Assembly: GCF_039654945.1 (NCBI RefSeq)
Contig: NW_027361708.1
Span: 33,232,001-33,296,000, forward strand
Length of the DNA stretch: 64,000 nucleotides
DNA from: Dendrobates tinctorius
Taxonomy: Eukaryota
Direction: 5' to 3'
The translations under genes and the position numbers were made by a program. The notes below the pieces were generated by a model that worked only from the letters and a program-made list of their open reading frames with translations, was not told the origin of the DNA and did not search any database. Position 1 is the stretch's first letter. Every line of letters starts with the position of its first letter. Shown one piece after another: positions 27,479 to 39,634 of the stretch.

Positions 27479-28693
27479 TCACTGGCCACTTTATTAGGTA
27501 CACCTGTCCAACTGTGTGTTAAGACTTAATTTCTAATCAGCCAATCACATGGCGGCAACTCAGTGCATTTAGGCATGTAGACATGGTCAAGACAATCTCC
27601 TGCAGTTCAAACCGAGCATCAGTATGGGGAAGAAAGGTGATTTGAGTGCCTTTGAACGTGGCATGATTGTTGGTGCCAGAAGGGCTGGTTTGAGAATTTC
27701 AGAAACTGCTGATCTACTGGGATTTTCACGCACAACCATCTCTAGGGTTTACAGAGAATGGTCCGAAAAAGAAAAAAAATCCAGTGAGCGGCAGTTTTGT
27801 GGCCGGAAATGCCATGTTGATGCCAGAGGTCAGAGGAAAATGGGCAGACTGGTTCGAGCTGATAGAAAGGCAACAGTGACTCAAATTGCCACCCGTTACA
27901 ACCAAGGTAGGCAGAAGAGCATCTCTGAACGCACAGTGCGTCGAACTTTGAGGCAGATGGGCTACAGCAGCAGAAGACCACACTGGGTACCACTCCTCTC
28001 AGCTAAGAACAGGAAACTGAGGCTACAATTTGCACAAGCTCATCGAAATTGGACAGTAGAAGATTGGAAAAACGTTGCCTGGTCTGATGAGTCTCGATTT
28101 CTGCTGCGACATTCGGATGGTAGGGTCAGAATTTGGCGTAAACAACATGAAAGCATGGATCCATCCTGCCTTGTATCAACGGTTCAGGCTGGTGGTGGTG
28201 GTGTCATGGTGTGGGGAATTTTTTCTGGGCACTCTTTGGGCCCCTTGGTACCAATTGAGCATCGTTGCAACGCCACAGCCTACCTGAGTATTGTTGCTGA
28301 CCATGTCCATCCCTTTATGACCACAATGTACCCAACATCTGATGGCTACTTTCAGCAGGATAATGCGCCATGTCATAAAGCTCGAATCATCTCAGATTGG
28401 TTTCTTGAACATGACAATGAGTTTACTGTACTCAAATGGCCTCCTCAGTCACCAGATCTCAATCCAATAGAGCATCTTTGGGATGTGGTGGAACGGGAGA
28501 TTCGCATCAGGGATGTGCAGCCGACAAATCTGCGCCAACTGTGTGATGCCATCATGTCAATATGGTCCAAAATCTCTGAGGAATGCTTCCAGCACCTTGT
28601 TGAATCTCTGCCACGAAGAATTGAGGCAGTTCTGAAGGCAAAAGGGGGTCCAACCCCTTACTAGCATGGTGTACCTAATAAAGTGGCCAGTGA

Positions 28694-28696
<3 letters not shown>
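27476..28696 (+). mobile_element. Intact DD36E (Incomer-type) Tc1/mariner transposon, 1221 bp
   Basis: Perfect 29-bp TIRs (cactcactggccactttattaggtacacc), (TA)n on both sides, complete ORF. Confidence 0.96.
27624..28664 (+). CDS. DD36E transposase, 346 aa, uninterrupted
   Basis: N-terminal HTH region; WSDE, QQDNA and SPDLNPIE motifs; 36 residues between the second D and E by manual count. Confidence 0.95.
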   Translation: MGKKGDLSAFERGMIVGARRAGLRISETADLLGFSRTTISRVYREWSEKEKKSSERQFCGRKCHVDARGQRKMGRLVRADRKATVTQIATRYNQGRQKSISERTVRRTLRQMGYSSRRPHWVPLLSAKNRKLRLQFAQAHRNWTVEDWKNVAWSDESRFLLRHSDGRVRIWRKQHESMDPSCLVSTVQAGGGGVMVWGIFSGHSLGPLVPIEHRCNATAYLSIVADHVHPFMTTMYPTSDGYFQQDNAPCHKARIISDWFLEHDNEFTVLKWPPQSPDLNPIEHLWDVVEREIRIRDVQPTNLRQLCDAIMSIWSKISEECFQHLVESLPRRIEAVLKAKGGPTPY

Positions 28697-28732
<36 letters not shown>

Positions 28733-29012
28733 AAACTATATCGACTATTCAGTGATGATTTGAGATTTACCGCCTTCATTCATCCGAAGTTTGTGAACTA
28801 TAGACTTCTGCTATATTTTTATGTTTCTTAAGTAATGCTGTGTTCACTTCTCGTTTGGTTTTACTATTTGGTTCAGGGTGATGTTGGAAAGCTACACTTA
28901 CAACTATTTTTCCCTATACCATCACCCTGATTCACTAGGACTGGCATTTTGTAAGTCACCTTTTAAGGAAGGAGCACTGGCATTAGATACACCAAATTCA
29001 TTCTCCTTTTAA

Positions 29013-29472
29013 AGGGGTTGTCCACTACTAGGACAACCGCTTCTTAAGCTAAATATTTTTGCCCAATGAAATAGAAAAGCCTATACTCCCGTCCCGCGCT
29101 GGCGCCGTTCCCGCGGTGTCGGCACTTGCAGTCCCGGGGCTGTGATGCACTGGAATGACACTTGATGCCCGGTGCCCAATCAGTGCTGGCGTCACTGTCT
29201 CTGCCTTTGTACGAACTGAGCATGAAGGGGAAGCCAGGGCTGCAGCTCATCCCGGACTACCTCTTCATGTTTGTCTGAAGGCGGAGACAGTGACGTCGGC
29301 ACTAATTGGGCACCGGGCATCAAGTGTCATTTCACCTCATCACAGCCCCGGGACCTCTAATCCCGACACCGATGGATTGAAGCCAGCACGTGAGGCAAGT
29401 GTAGACTTTATCAATTTATCGGGACCTAACATTTAGTTTAAGAAGGGGTTGTCCTAGTAGTGAATAACCCCT
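29013..29472. mobile_element. T2/Kolobok-type MITE with TTAA TSD
   Basis: TTAA at 29009-29012 and 29473-29476; aggggttgtccactacta / tagtagtgaataacccct ends; internal palindrome. Confidence 0.85.
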
Positions 29473-30439
29473 TTAATGAATTTTGTGCATTTTTCAACTG
29501 CTGTGCGCCACTGCCACAAATGTTACCCCAGCCAAGGACTGGCATACAATTCTTTCAAAATTTACACCATTTTTTGTAACTTATGCAATTGTCAGGAGTG
29601 CTTTTCCACACCCTCACGCCAACTCCGAGTTCCGCCAACTTTTTCTAAAGTTGGCAGAACTGTCCGGGACTGACGTAGAAATACCAAAAGTTGCAAACTT
29701 CCATAAATATCTCATGCATATTTATTAGAAATATCAATAGTAAAAATAGAAAATGGAACTTTAGATTGATGGATCATGACATTTGTTTTTACGATAGGAT
29801 TTTTAAAATCTCCTACTTTATAAAAGTACATTTGCAACAAGTTGCACATTTAATACATCAGTTTTAGAATATTAATATATATTGTAATATTTCTTAACTT
29901 TTATTTTGAGGTCAGAGTTAAAGCATTATTACTATTATTTTTTTAGTGTTTAAAATTGTCTAGAGGCCACCAGAACAAAATGTTATATCTGCACTGTAGC
30001 ATACGCCCAAGCTATACATTGGGGAATACCCCTGATGTATGCACGTGCCGAGTTGGGAACAGAGCCAGATTTGTTTGTGAAAGCTGAACCTACTGCCCAT
30101 GAAAATCTGATTTCAGTTCTCATTTTCGAAGCCGCCTAAACAATATGCAGTTTGCTCTCGTCTGACTTTCCACTGGTGTCTGTGGGGAATTTACTGCATC
30201 ATGTTGGCATTACTTCTATTGTGTAAAGGAAGTAACTGCAGCTCTAGCTCTTTGATCTGTCGCCATACTCGGCCATATTTGTTTCTGCTGTAATACATGA
30301 GATGCATTATGGTTCCTCTTAGCGTTATAGATAAGAGTTATGTCGGAACACTATTTAAATAATTGATGGATATGAGACCAATAAAAACAGATGTAAAGGA
30401 ATATGTTTACAGGAATCTCATATTTGTACATCTGATATA

Positions 30440-31001
30440 CAGCTCTGACAAAAATTAAAAGACCACTTTCAAATGTTCAGTTTGTCTGATTTTTCTCTTT
30501 ATAGGTATATTTTTGAGTAAAATGTAAATTGTTCTTTTAGTCTATAAACTACTGACAACATGTCTTCGAATTTCCAAGCAATACATTTTGTATTTTTTTT
30601 CTGACAAAGAAAGATGGTCAAAATTAAAAAAAAACAAAACCGTGCTTTCAGACCTCAAATAATGCAAAGAAAACAAGTTCATAATCATTTAGAAGCAACA
30701 ATACTAATATTTTAACTCAGGAAGAGTTCAGAAATCAATATTCTGTGGAATATTCATCATTTTTTATCACATTTTTCATGCATCTTGGCATGCTTTCCAC
30801 CAGTCATTCACACTGCTTTTTGGTGATCTTATGCCACTCTTGGTACAAAAATGTAAGCAGTTCTTCTTTGTTTGATGGCTTGTGACTATCCATCTTCCTC
30901 TTGATTACATTCCAGAGGTTTTCAATGGGGACCAGGTCTGGAGAATGGGCTGCCCATGATAGAGTTGTGATGTGGTGGTCTCTTATTTTTTGCCAGAGCT
31001 G
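30440..31001. mobile_element. Internally deleted Tc1 derivative
   Basis: TA-cagctctgacaaaaattaaaagaccac / gtggtctcttattttttgccagagctg-TA; minus-strand remnant of the WAAHSPDLVPIENLW motif. Confidence 0.85.
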
Positions 31002-32842
31002 TATACGTATAATATCATTTTTATTGTAATATTATTTTGGTGTGGCTATGGTCCAATGTTACAAGCTACTACAATAAAAATGCCATCTGCATTTATGTAC
31101 AATGTAATATATGGTCTGAAAGTATTGACAGATCTCAATAGATGTGTTCACAGGAGGTAAGTCATTTCCAAAACTCCAATGTTCCTAAAGCACATCACAT
31201 GGAGCAAGTCTTTCTTTTTTGTATTAGGACCAAGGTGAGCAGCAGATGTATCAAAATGTTGGACCTCAGAATTTAATTTCACTGCTCATTGCTGGAATGT
31301 GTGTTGAAGAGTAGCAAGTTCTCTTCAGCTTGGTTGGGTCAGATAAAGTATTACTTTAGACAGAAGGTAATTGGATTGTGAAATAGGCTGCGCTGAGATG
31401 TAGCAGACACTCTGGCAGCATTAACACCATTCAAAAACAGTTTAGATAAGTACGGAACATAGAGATCCCGAACTATAAGTGCTGCCACAGCAGAGGGATG
31501 ACCTAGTCTTCTGGTGACCTTAAGGGAAACTTGGGCATCTAAAATTCAACTTTAGCAGAGTTAACACTGCAGATTTTCAGGTTGCGAAGGTGACTTTTCA
31601 CCCTTTGAATAAAGACTGGAGGAATTATTAAGGGATTAAGAGCATTTTAGGACCAAATGATGTTCTGTGGAAATAAATTCCCTCTTTGACTAATATGGGG
31701 AATCTACACCACGAAGAATTTTACTATAAAATACATGGGTGGATTTTTTAAAGGATCTAATCCTCACGTAGAAAATAGAAAAAAAGACAGGACATATCAA
31801 TTCAAAAGTGTTTTGCAAATCTGCATGCAACACGTAGGTTTTGCCTTTGATTTGTGGCAAATAGGTTCCCGAAAAAGCATATGACCCATATGACACAATC
31901 ATTTATTAGTTGTATTACTAGTATCCAGGACTCAAACAGGTTAAATGGAATCTGTCAGCAGGTTTTTGCTATGTGTCATGATATAAGGATGGTTCTTTTC
32001 TGAAACGCGTAGATCTACATTGTGTTTGTAGATTTTGTTCATGACACTTGATGTATGAATTTTACCCTTGGATTTCTATTGAATACATTTTTCTACAAAC
32101 AGTAGTAGAGCTGGAATTTCACTGTATTTTAAGAATTATTATACAAACTAAATTAATAAAATGTAAATGTTCCCATCTCGGTTGTTTATTTTCAGCTGTT
32201 AAAGTGAGAATAATTACTACCTAAGAGCTCAAAATGTACAAAACTGCTTTTCTGATATTTAAAAAAAAAACAAAAACATCAGTGACCAATATAGCCACCC
32301 TTAGTTTCTATAACCATCATAAGCCTTCAATCCATGGAGTCTGTCAGTTTCTAAACTTTCTAAACCTGTTGACTATCAACTTTTTGGGCAGCACCCATCA
32401 CAGCTTGTTCAGAAAGGTGACTGTTTTCCCTCTCCATATAGATAAATATGGCGCTCATCTACAGCGACAGAGGTCGCACTCCACATATGCGCTGCTGCAC
32501 ACAGATCCCACGACAACATCCAGGCGTCTTTTCTCATTGAGGTGTCATTACACAAGGCGGAATATAGAACCGTTCTCTGAACCAGTTTTGATGAATGTCC
32601 AATCTGGGACTGAAAACGTTTAACATAATTGTCACCTGGATGTTAATAAATGGAATCTTTCACTGCAAAAAAAATTTTTGTCCTAAGTTTTCTCTCTGCT
32701 GTTTTCCTTCTCCAGTAAATCTCCTATTTAATAAAAGCCCACAAGTTCTCACTAGGGTATACCTCAGGTGATGAAGGGGTCGTGTCATTGTTCTTTAATC
32801 TTTAAGGCAGCCAAGCAGTTGAGACTTCGCTGCACGCAATGG

Positions 32843-34301
32843 TGTAACAACCCTGCCGGCATCACTGCATGGCCTCCCATCCCCCACACACCAACTTACT
32901 CACTGCTCTATGCCATAATGTGAGTTCTGTCTGCTGCCGGCTCTATGCTGTGTGCCTCTTGCTTCCTGCCTGCTCGGCATGCTTCCTGGCTGTGTGCATA
33001 GTGGGGCAGCGCCGACACTCTCTGATTCTTATGGAATCAGTGTGCACCTGCCTAATGTGCTCCCGGCCAATCACCAAGAGGCCTCTAGTATTTAGGGCAG
33101 CTCCACCCATTGGAAGCTGCCTGAGCAGTGCCTTTACTCAGTTAGTGTCGTGCTGAGTTGCCAGGTCCTGTCCTGTGTTTCACCTTCTCTGGAGGCTTGA
33201 TTCCTAGTCCTGCATCTGTGTCTGTCTGCTCTGCCCTCCCGGAGACAGAATATCCTGGTCTCTGTGTCCTTGTTCCTAGCCTTGCCTTGTACCTGTCTGT
33301 CTGCCCTCCGGGAGGCAGAATATCCTGGTCCCTTTGCTATTGTTCCTTGCCTTGCCTCATACTTGTCCTCTCTGCCTTCCAGGAGGCAGTATATCCGGGT
33401 CTCTGTGTCTTTGTTCCTGTACCTTGTCTCGTACAGTTACTGTACTTTGTCTGAACTCAGTCTTACCTCTGTCAATCTCCTTGTCTGTGGCTCCTTTCCC
33501 TGCCGTGTCTTTCCTTGTGTCCTCTTGCGACTCTGCTTGTGCTTCGCACTCTTGTGACTCTGCCTGTGCTCCGCAATCTTGCGGCTCTGACTGCTCCGTA
33601 CTCTTGTGGCTCTGCTTATGCTTCGCACTCCTGTGGCTATGCCTGCTCTGTACTGTTGTGACTCTGCCTGTGCTCCGCACTCTTGTGGCTCTATCTGCTC
33701 CATACTCTTGCAGCTCTGCCTGCTCCGTACTCTTGCGGCTCTGCCAGTGCTCCGCACTTCTGCGGTTCTGCTTTGATCTGCTCTGTTCTGCTGCTGCAGA
33801 ACCTCTTGCTGCTATCTGCAGCTACTCTCCGCAGCCTTGCAGTTCTCCAGTGTTAACAGGTCCAAACCTGTTCCTTCATACCCATCTATATTTCCATCCT
33901 TCTCGTACCAGTACCTGCACCTCCTGTGTGAATAAGTCTCTACCTATTCCATACACCTCTCCTTCCTGCCCGAGTCCCTGTGCCTTCCCAGTCAGCCGTG
34001 CCCGCCTGCCTGTGTCTCAGCTGTGCCCGCCGTGCTCACCTGCCTGACTGATAGTCGTGCCTGTCGCCTGCACCTGTCCTAACGTTCTGTTCCCCAGTGG
34101 GGTCAGCAGCCACAGCGAGACACCACCCTTGAGTGGCACCTGGCAGCTACCTTCCTTACAAGCCTGACCTCACCATCAGAGGCTCCAGAGATGACCAAGG
34201 TAGCTGCATTAGTTACGCCCCTTCCAGGATAATCTGCTTTGTGGCACAGTGGGTCCACAACCCCCTCGCTCGTGCCAACCTGCCAAGGCACGAGCATGAC
34301 A
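32843..34301 (+). mobile_element. Solo LTR (probably Gypsy-type), 1459 bp
   Basis: TGTAAC...ATGACA termini with a perfect 5-bp TSD AATGG (32838-32842, 34302-34306); internal C/T-rich tandem repeats. Confidence 0.88.
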
Positions 34302-34379
34302 AATGGTGAGTTTTTCTGCATAAAAATCATGGTTTTCTTACAAGATACAGATTCTTTCCTGTACCACTTCTTGAAGAAA

Positions 34380-35640
34380 GTGTTTTCTAAAAACTGGCAG
34401 TAGGTTTGTGAGTTGGCTTTGAGTCCATTTTCAGCTCAAAAAGGTCCAACTATCTCATCTTTAATCATACCAGCCCATAACAATATCTCGTCTCCAACTT
34501 GCAGGCATCTGAGTCAAAGTAGAGGTCTGTGTCCATTGATTGAGCCATGGGCCCATTCATCTGGTCCATCAAGAGGCACTTATCTCATCAGTCTATAACA
34601 CATTTGAAAAATCTGTATTCAGATTGTCATGATCCTGTGGTGAAGTTTGACCTGGAGCCTTGGGGGTTAACTCTTTGGCCTCGTTTTAGGCATGGGGAGG
34701 GTTATTATAGCCACTGTGGACTTCCAACCTTGTCAGTTATATTTTTGTCCTCGGCTTAGTTGAGTGACCCCTGTGGGTTGTGCTGCGTGACTGCTTTTCT
34801 GCCTGATTACCTGCTTTTGACCCAGTCTGTTGCCGGTTACGTTCTTGCCTGCTGATTCGGTACTGTGCTTCTGTTCTCCTGGTTTCTGACTTTGGCTACA
34901 CCTCTGGATATCCTCCTGGTCTATCCCCCTGGTACTTCTGCTGTCCGTACGGTTGTGACCCTTAGCCTGTCCCTGACTTCCGTCCTGTCTAGCACTCATC
35001 GGCGCTTCTGTTTGTGCTATACCTGCTGGTAAGGTCTTTATTTCGGGCCTTCATCTCTCTCTGCTCCTGCTCCTTCTGGGAGACCTGCGGCCAGCTCCGC
35101 CCCATGGAAGTCACATGGTGCAGGTCCTGTTAGTGCACAATCGCTGGGACGTGCTCCTCTCCCTTGGGACCCCAGTAAGCCCTTGTAGCACCTCAGATTT
35201 CTCAGGGTCCAGACACTGACTGATGTCAGTTCTGGATATCCTGACACAGATATTTCTTGGCCCAGACTTTATTTTTAATCTGTCTTGTTCACTGCTTACT
35301 CTGTTTGTGGGATAAGACCCTATATTGCGCTTGTGTCTCCCTCTTTCCTCACAATACTTGTTCACTGGTGGTCATATTTCAGCCTTGGCCATGTCTCTGA
35401 GCACTGAATAGCTTGCGCCCCAGTGCAGTTGCAGTTCTGGAATATGAACACACAGGAGGATAATTGGTTTCTGGTCGCTTCACATTTTATTCTCCTCGCA
35501 TCTTTGGCAGTTAAGGTGCATCTTTTATTGTCAACAAGCTTTTTGAGAGAGAGTGAGAGACTTTTGCAGCACCCTAGCCCTTACTATAACCATTTTACAG
35601 CACCAGAATTCCGGTCTCCATTGACTCCGATGGGGTTTGG
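34380..35640 (-). mobile_element. Old Tc1 remnant interrupted by a solo LTR
   Basis: The minus strand around 34555-34625 resembles FSNVL.TDE....LDGPDEWA; the sequence continues after 35251. Confidence 0.55.
34625..35246 (+). mobile_element. Solo LTR, 622 bp
   Basis: TGTCA...TGACA termini with a perfect 5-bp TSD CAGAT (34620-34624, 35247-35251). Confidence 0.88.
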
Positions 35641-36034
35641 GTAGAGTTCTGGTACCCAAACTGAACTTAAGTTTACTCTAACCCCATGTACCCCCAACAT
35701 CCATATGTCTAGTCATCCCTAATCCTTAGACCACAAAATCATTACACAAATGCACATCGCCTGATTTGCTTCGTCCAAAAAGCATTCAAGTTTATACAGC
35801 TTGAAGGTGGGAAATCTGCATAGTGTATGCATTGGGTATGTGTGTGTGTGTATGTATTGGGTGTATATTTTTGGTGTGTGTAAAAAAAAAAATATATATA
35901 TACACTAGCTGAAGAGCCTGGTGCTGCCCGGGCATAGTAACTAACGGTTAGTTATAACAAATTATAATGATTATATCTATATATAAAGCTTAGTGTAGAG
36001 CCCCGCCCAGTCCGTGTAGCCACATTCACTATAC

Positions 36035-36290
36035 TTTCCCACATCATTCCGTCAGCCAGAGCTACCGGACTACTACCCCTAATATCCCATATCGTCCCAT
36101 CAGCCAGAGTCACCGAACTACTACCCCTAATATCATCATCCCATCAGTCAGAGCCACCGGACTACTACCCCTAATATCCCACATCATCCCATCAGCCAGT
36201 GCCACCGGACTACTACCACTAATATCCCACATCATCCCATCAGCCAGAGCCAATGGACAACTACCACTAGTATCCCACATCATCCCGTCA
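36035..36290. repeat. ~47-bp minisatellite (atcccatcagccagagccaccggactactacccctaatatcccacatc)
   Basis: About 5 copies visible. Confidence 0.9.
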
Positions 36291-36291
36291 A

Positions 36292-37052
36292 CCTGGAGTC
36301 AGAAACAGAGCGCTGAGTGGAACGGTCCTAACTTCCATACTGGTGATCCGTTTAAGAGAGTCCTGGCATCAGAACCAGAGTGCTGAGTGGATTTGCCCAG
36401 ACTTCCATACCAATGATCCCTTTAATAGAAGCCTGGGGTGAGAATCAGAGCACTGAGGGATTTACTCTAACTTCCATACCGGAGATTCCGTTAAGAGAGG
36501 CCTGGGGTCAGTACCAAAGCATAGAGTGGATTTTCCCTTACTTCCGTACCAAGGATCCCTTTAAGAGGGGACTTGGGCCAGAACCATAGCGCTGAGTGGA
36601 TTTTCCCTAACTTCCATACCGGGGATCCCTTTAAGAGAGCCTGGGATCAGAACCAGAGCTCTGAGTGGATTTGCCCTGACTTGCATACCAATGATCCCTT
36701 TAATAGAACCCTGGGGTCAGAATCAGAGCTCCAAGGGATTTGCCCTAACTTCCATACAGGAGATCTCTTTAAGAGAGCCTGGGGTCAGAATTAAAGCGCT
36801 GGATGGATTTGCTCTGACTTCCATACCAGAGATCCCTTTAAGAAGGGTCTTGGGTCAGTACCAAAACGCAGAGTGGATTTGCCCTAAATTCCATACCAAT
36901 GATCTCTTTAAGAGACCCTGGGGTCAGAAACACAGCTGAGTGGAACTTTCCTAACTTCCATACCGGGGATCCCTTTAAGAGAGGCCTGGGGTCAAAACCA
37001 AAGTGCTGGATGGATTTGCTCTGACTTCCATACCAATGATCCCTTTAAGAGG
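36292..37052. repeat. 69-70-bp minisatellite
   Basis: About 11 copies of ctaacttccataccggggatccctttaagagagcctggggtcagaaccagagcgctgagtggatttgcc. Confidence 0.9.
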
Positions 37053-37360
37053 GAAGATATGCCTATGGGATGGAGGATGTGTGATGGGTATATGGGTACG
37101 GGAGGGGGGATTCATTTCTGTCATGTGCTCTCTGCTCCTTTCAGGGGGGCAGACAGTGGCTGGGAGCTTATGTTCCCAGGGATGCTATATTTCTGCCACC
37201 ATGTCAGTGTCTGCTGAGGTGTTGTCAAGTGGGAAAACTGTTGGTCATAGCAACCAATCACAGCTCAGCTTCTTTTGAACAGCTCTGGTGAAATGAAAGA
37301 TGCTACGTGATTGGTTGGTGATACACACACATTCATTTTTATATATATAGAGATAAATAG

Positions 37361-37416
<56 letters not shown>

Positions 37417-37419
<3 letters not shown>

Positions 37420-38992
37420 TGCCTACAAGTAGTATTCAACCCCCTGCAGATTTAGCAGGTTTACACATTCGGAATTAACTTGGCATTGTGACATTTGGAC
37501 TGTAGATCAGCCTGGAAGTGTGAAATGCACTGCAGCAAAAAAGAATGTTATTTCTTTGTTTAATTTTTTTTTAAATTGTGAAAAGTTTATTCAGAGGGTC
37601 ATTTATTATTCAACCCCTCAAACCACCAGAATTCTGTTTGGTTCCCCTAAAGTATTAAGAAGTATTTCAGGCACAAAGAACAATGAGCTTCACATGTTTG
37701 GATTAATTATCTCTTTTTCCAGCCTTTTCTGACTATTTAAGACCCTCCCCAAACTTGTGAACAGCACTCATACATGGTCAACATGGGAAAGACAAAGGAG
37801 CATTCCAAGGCCATCAGAGACAAGATCGTGGAGGGTCACAAGGCTGGCAAGGGGTACAAAACCCTTTCCAAGGAGTTGGGCCTACCTGTCTCCACTGTTG
37901 GGAGCATCATCCGGAAGTGGAAGGCTTATGGAACTACTGTTAGCCTTCCACGGCCTGGACAGCCTTTGAAAGTTTCCTCCCGTGCCGAGGCCAGGCTTGT
38001 CCGAAGAGTCAAGGCTAACCCAAGGACAACAAGGAAGGAGCTCCGGGAAGATCTCATGGCAGTGGGGACATTGGTTTCAGTCAATACCATAAGTAACGTA
38101 CTCCACCGCAATGGTCTCCATTCCAGACGAGCACGTAAGGTACCTTTACTTTCAAAGCGTCATGTCAAGGCTCGTCTACAGTTTGCTCATGATCACTTGG
38201 AGGACTCTGAGACAGACTGGTTCAAGGTTCTCTGGTCTGATGAGACCAAGATCGAGATCTTTTGTGCCAACCACACACGTGACGTTTGGAGACTGGATGG
38301 CACTGCATACGACCCCAAGAATACCATCCCTACAGACAAGCATGGTGGTGGCAGCATCATGCTGTGGGGCTGTTTCTCAGCCAAGGGGCCTGGCCATCTG
38401 GTCCGCATCCATGGGAAGATGCATAGCACGGCCTACCTGGAGATTTTGGCCAAGAACCTCCGCTCCTCCATCAAGAATCTTAATATGGGTCGTCATTTCA
38501 TCTTCCTACAAGACAACGACCCAAAGCACACAGCCAAGAAAACCAAGGCCTGGTTCGAGAGGGAAAAAATCAAGGTGTTGCAATGGCCTAGTCAGTCTCC
38601 TGACCTTAACCCAATTGAAAACTTGTGGAAGGAGCTCAAGATTAAAGTCCACATGAGACACCCAAAGAACCTAGATAACTTGGAGAAGATCTGCATGGAG
38701 GAGTGGGCCAAGATATCTCCAGAGACCTGTGCCGGCCTAATCAGGTCTTATAAAAGACGATTATTAGCTGTAATTACAAACAAGGGTTATTCCACAAAAT
38801 ATTAAACCTAGGGGTTGAATAATAATTGACCCACACTTTTATGTTTAAAATGTATTAAAATTTAACTGAGCCACATAATTTTTTGTTTTTTAAGATTTAT
38901 GCATCTGTTAATAAATCCTGCTCTTGTTTGAAGTTTGAAGGCTCTAACTTATTTGCATCTTATCAAACCTGCTAAATCTGCAGGGGGTTGAA
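37417..38992 (+). mobile_element. Full-length DD34E Tc1 (IR/DR type) inserted in (TA)n; right tip in the gap
   Basis: Outer and inner tattcaacccc motifs at 37432 and 37607, mirrored at ~38810 and ~38983; ORF complete. Confidence 0.93.
37783..38805 (+). CDS. DD34E Tc1 transposase, 340 aa from MGKTKE, uninterrupted
   Basis: GKGYKTLSK HTH region, [32 protein letters not shown]; D-34-E by manual count. Confidence 0.95.
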   Translation: MGKTKEHSKAIRDKIVEGHKAGKGYKTLSKELGLPVSTVGSIIRKWKAYGTTVSLPRPGQPLKVSSRAEARLVRRVKANPRTTRKELREDLMAVGTLVSVNTISNVLHRNGLHSRRARKVPLLSKRHVKARLQFAHDHLEDSETDWFKVLWSDETKIEIFCANHTRDVWRLDGTAYDPKNTIPTDKHGGGSIMLWGCFSAKGPGHLVRIHGKMHSTAYLEILAKNLRSSIKNLNMGRHFIFLQDNDPKHTAKKTKAWFEREKIKVLQWPSQSPDLNPIENLWKELKIKVHMRHPKNLDNLEKICMEEWAKISPETCAGLIRSYKRRLLAVITNKGYSTKY

Positions 38993-39192
38993 NNNNNNNN
39001 NNNNNNNNNNNNNNNNNNNNNNNNNNNNNNNNNNNNNNNNNNNNNNNNNNNNNNNNNNNNNNNNNNNNNNNNNNNNNNNNNNNNNNNNNNNNNNNNNNNN
39101 NNNNNNNNNNNNNNNNNNNNGGACTTCTGCGACGTGTGAGCCTTTCTCAAGGCTTGATGTATATGTTCGGCAGAGAGATATAGATAGATATA

Positions 39193-39634
39193 CAGTGGGT
39201 ACGGAAAGTATTCAGACCCCTTTAAATTTTTCACTCTTTGTTTCATTGCAGCCATTTGGTAAATTCAAAATAGTTCATTTTTTTTCTCACTAATGTACAC
39301 CCTGCACTCCATCTTGACTGGAAAAAAAAAGAAGAAATGTAGAAAGTTTTGCAAATTTATTAAAAGAGAAAAACTGAAATATCACATGGTCATAAGTATT
39401 CAGACTCTTTGCGAAGTATTGAGTAGAAGCACCCTTTGGAGCTAGTACCGCCATGAATCTTCTTGGGAATGATGCAACAAGTTATTCTACATTTATGTTT
39501 TTTTTCAGTCAAGATGGGGTGCAGAGTGTACATTAATAACAAAAAAAAATGAACTTTTTTGAATTAACCAAATGGCTGCAATGAAACAAAGAATGATAAA
39601 TTTAAAGGGGTCTGAATACTTTCCGTACTCACTG
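39193..39634. mobile_element. Non-autonomous deletion derivative of the 13626-15164 Tc1 family
   Basis: Same TIR (cagtgggtacggaaagtattcagacccc) at both ends with TA flanks; no intact ORF. Confidence 0.9.

Larger units (their letters stand above)
35905..37353 (-). mobile_element. Non-autonomous Helitron containing two minisatellite arrays
   Basis: On the minus strand it starts A|TCTCTATATATATAAAAATGAATG and ends with the hairpin cccgggcagcaccagg-ctcttcag-CTAG|T; no TSD. Confidence 0.72.

Noticed and set aside
31975-32130. gaaacgcgtag motif like the 3' half of a Penelope HHR
   Set aside because: No recognisable CUGANGA core or stem II; at most a dead remnant.
33158-34047. Cys/Leu-rich ORFs up to 237 aa
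   Set aside because: Low-complexity repeats within a TSD-flanked solo LTR; no domain or exon signals.
36035-37052. Regular repeats that could suggest a CRISPR array
   Set aside because: Contiguous tandem units without unique spacers, in eukaryotic context with no cas genes.
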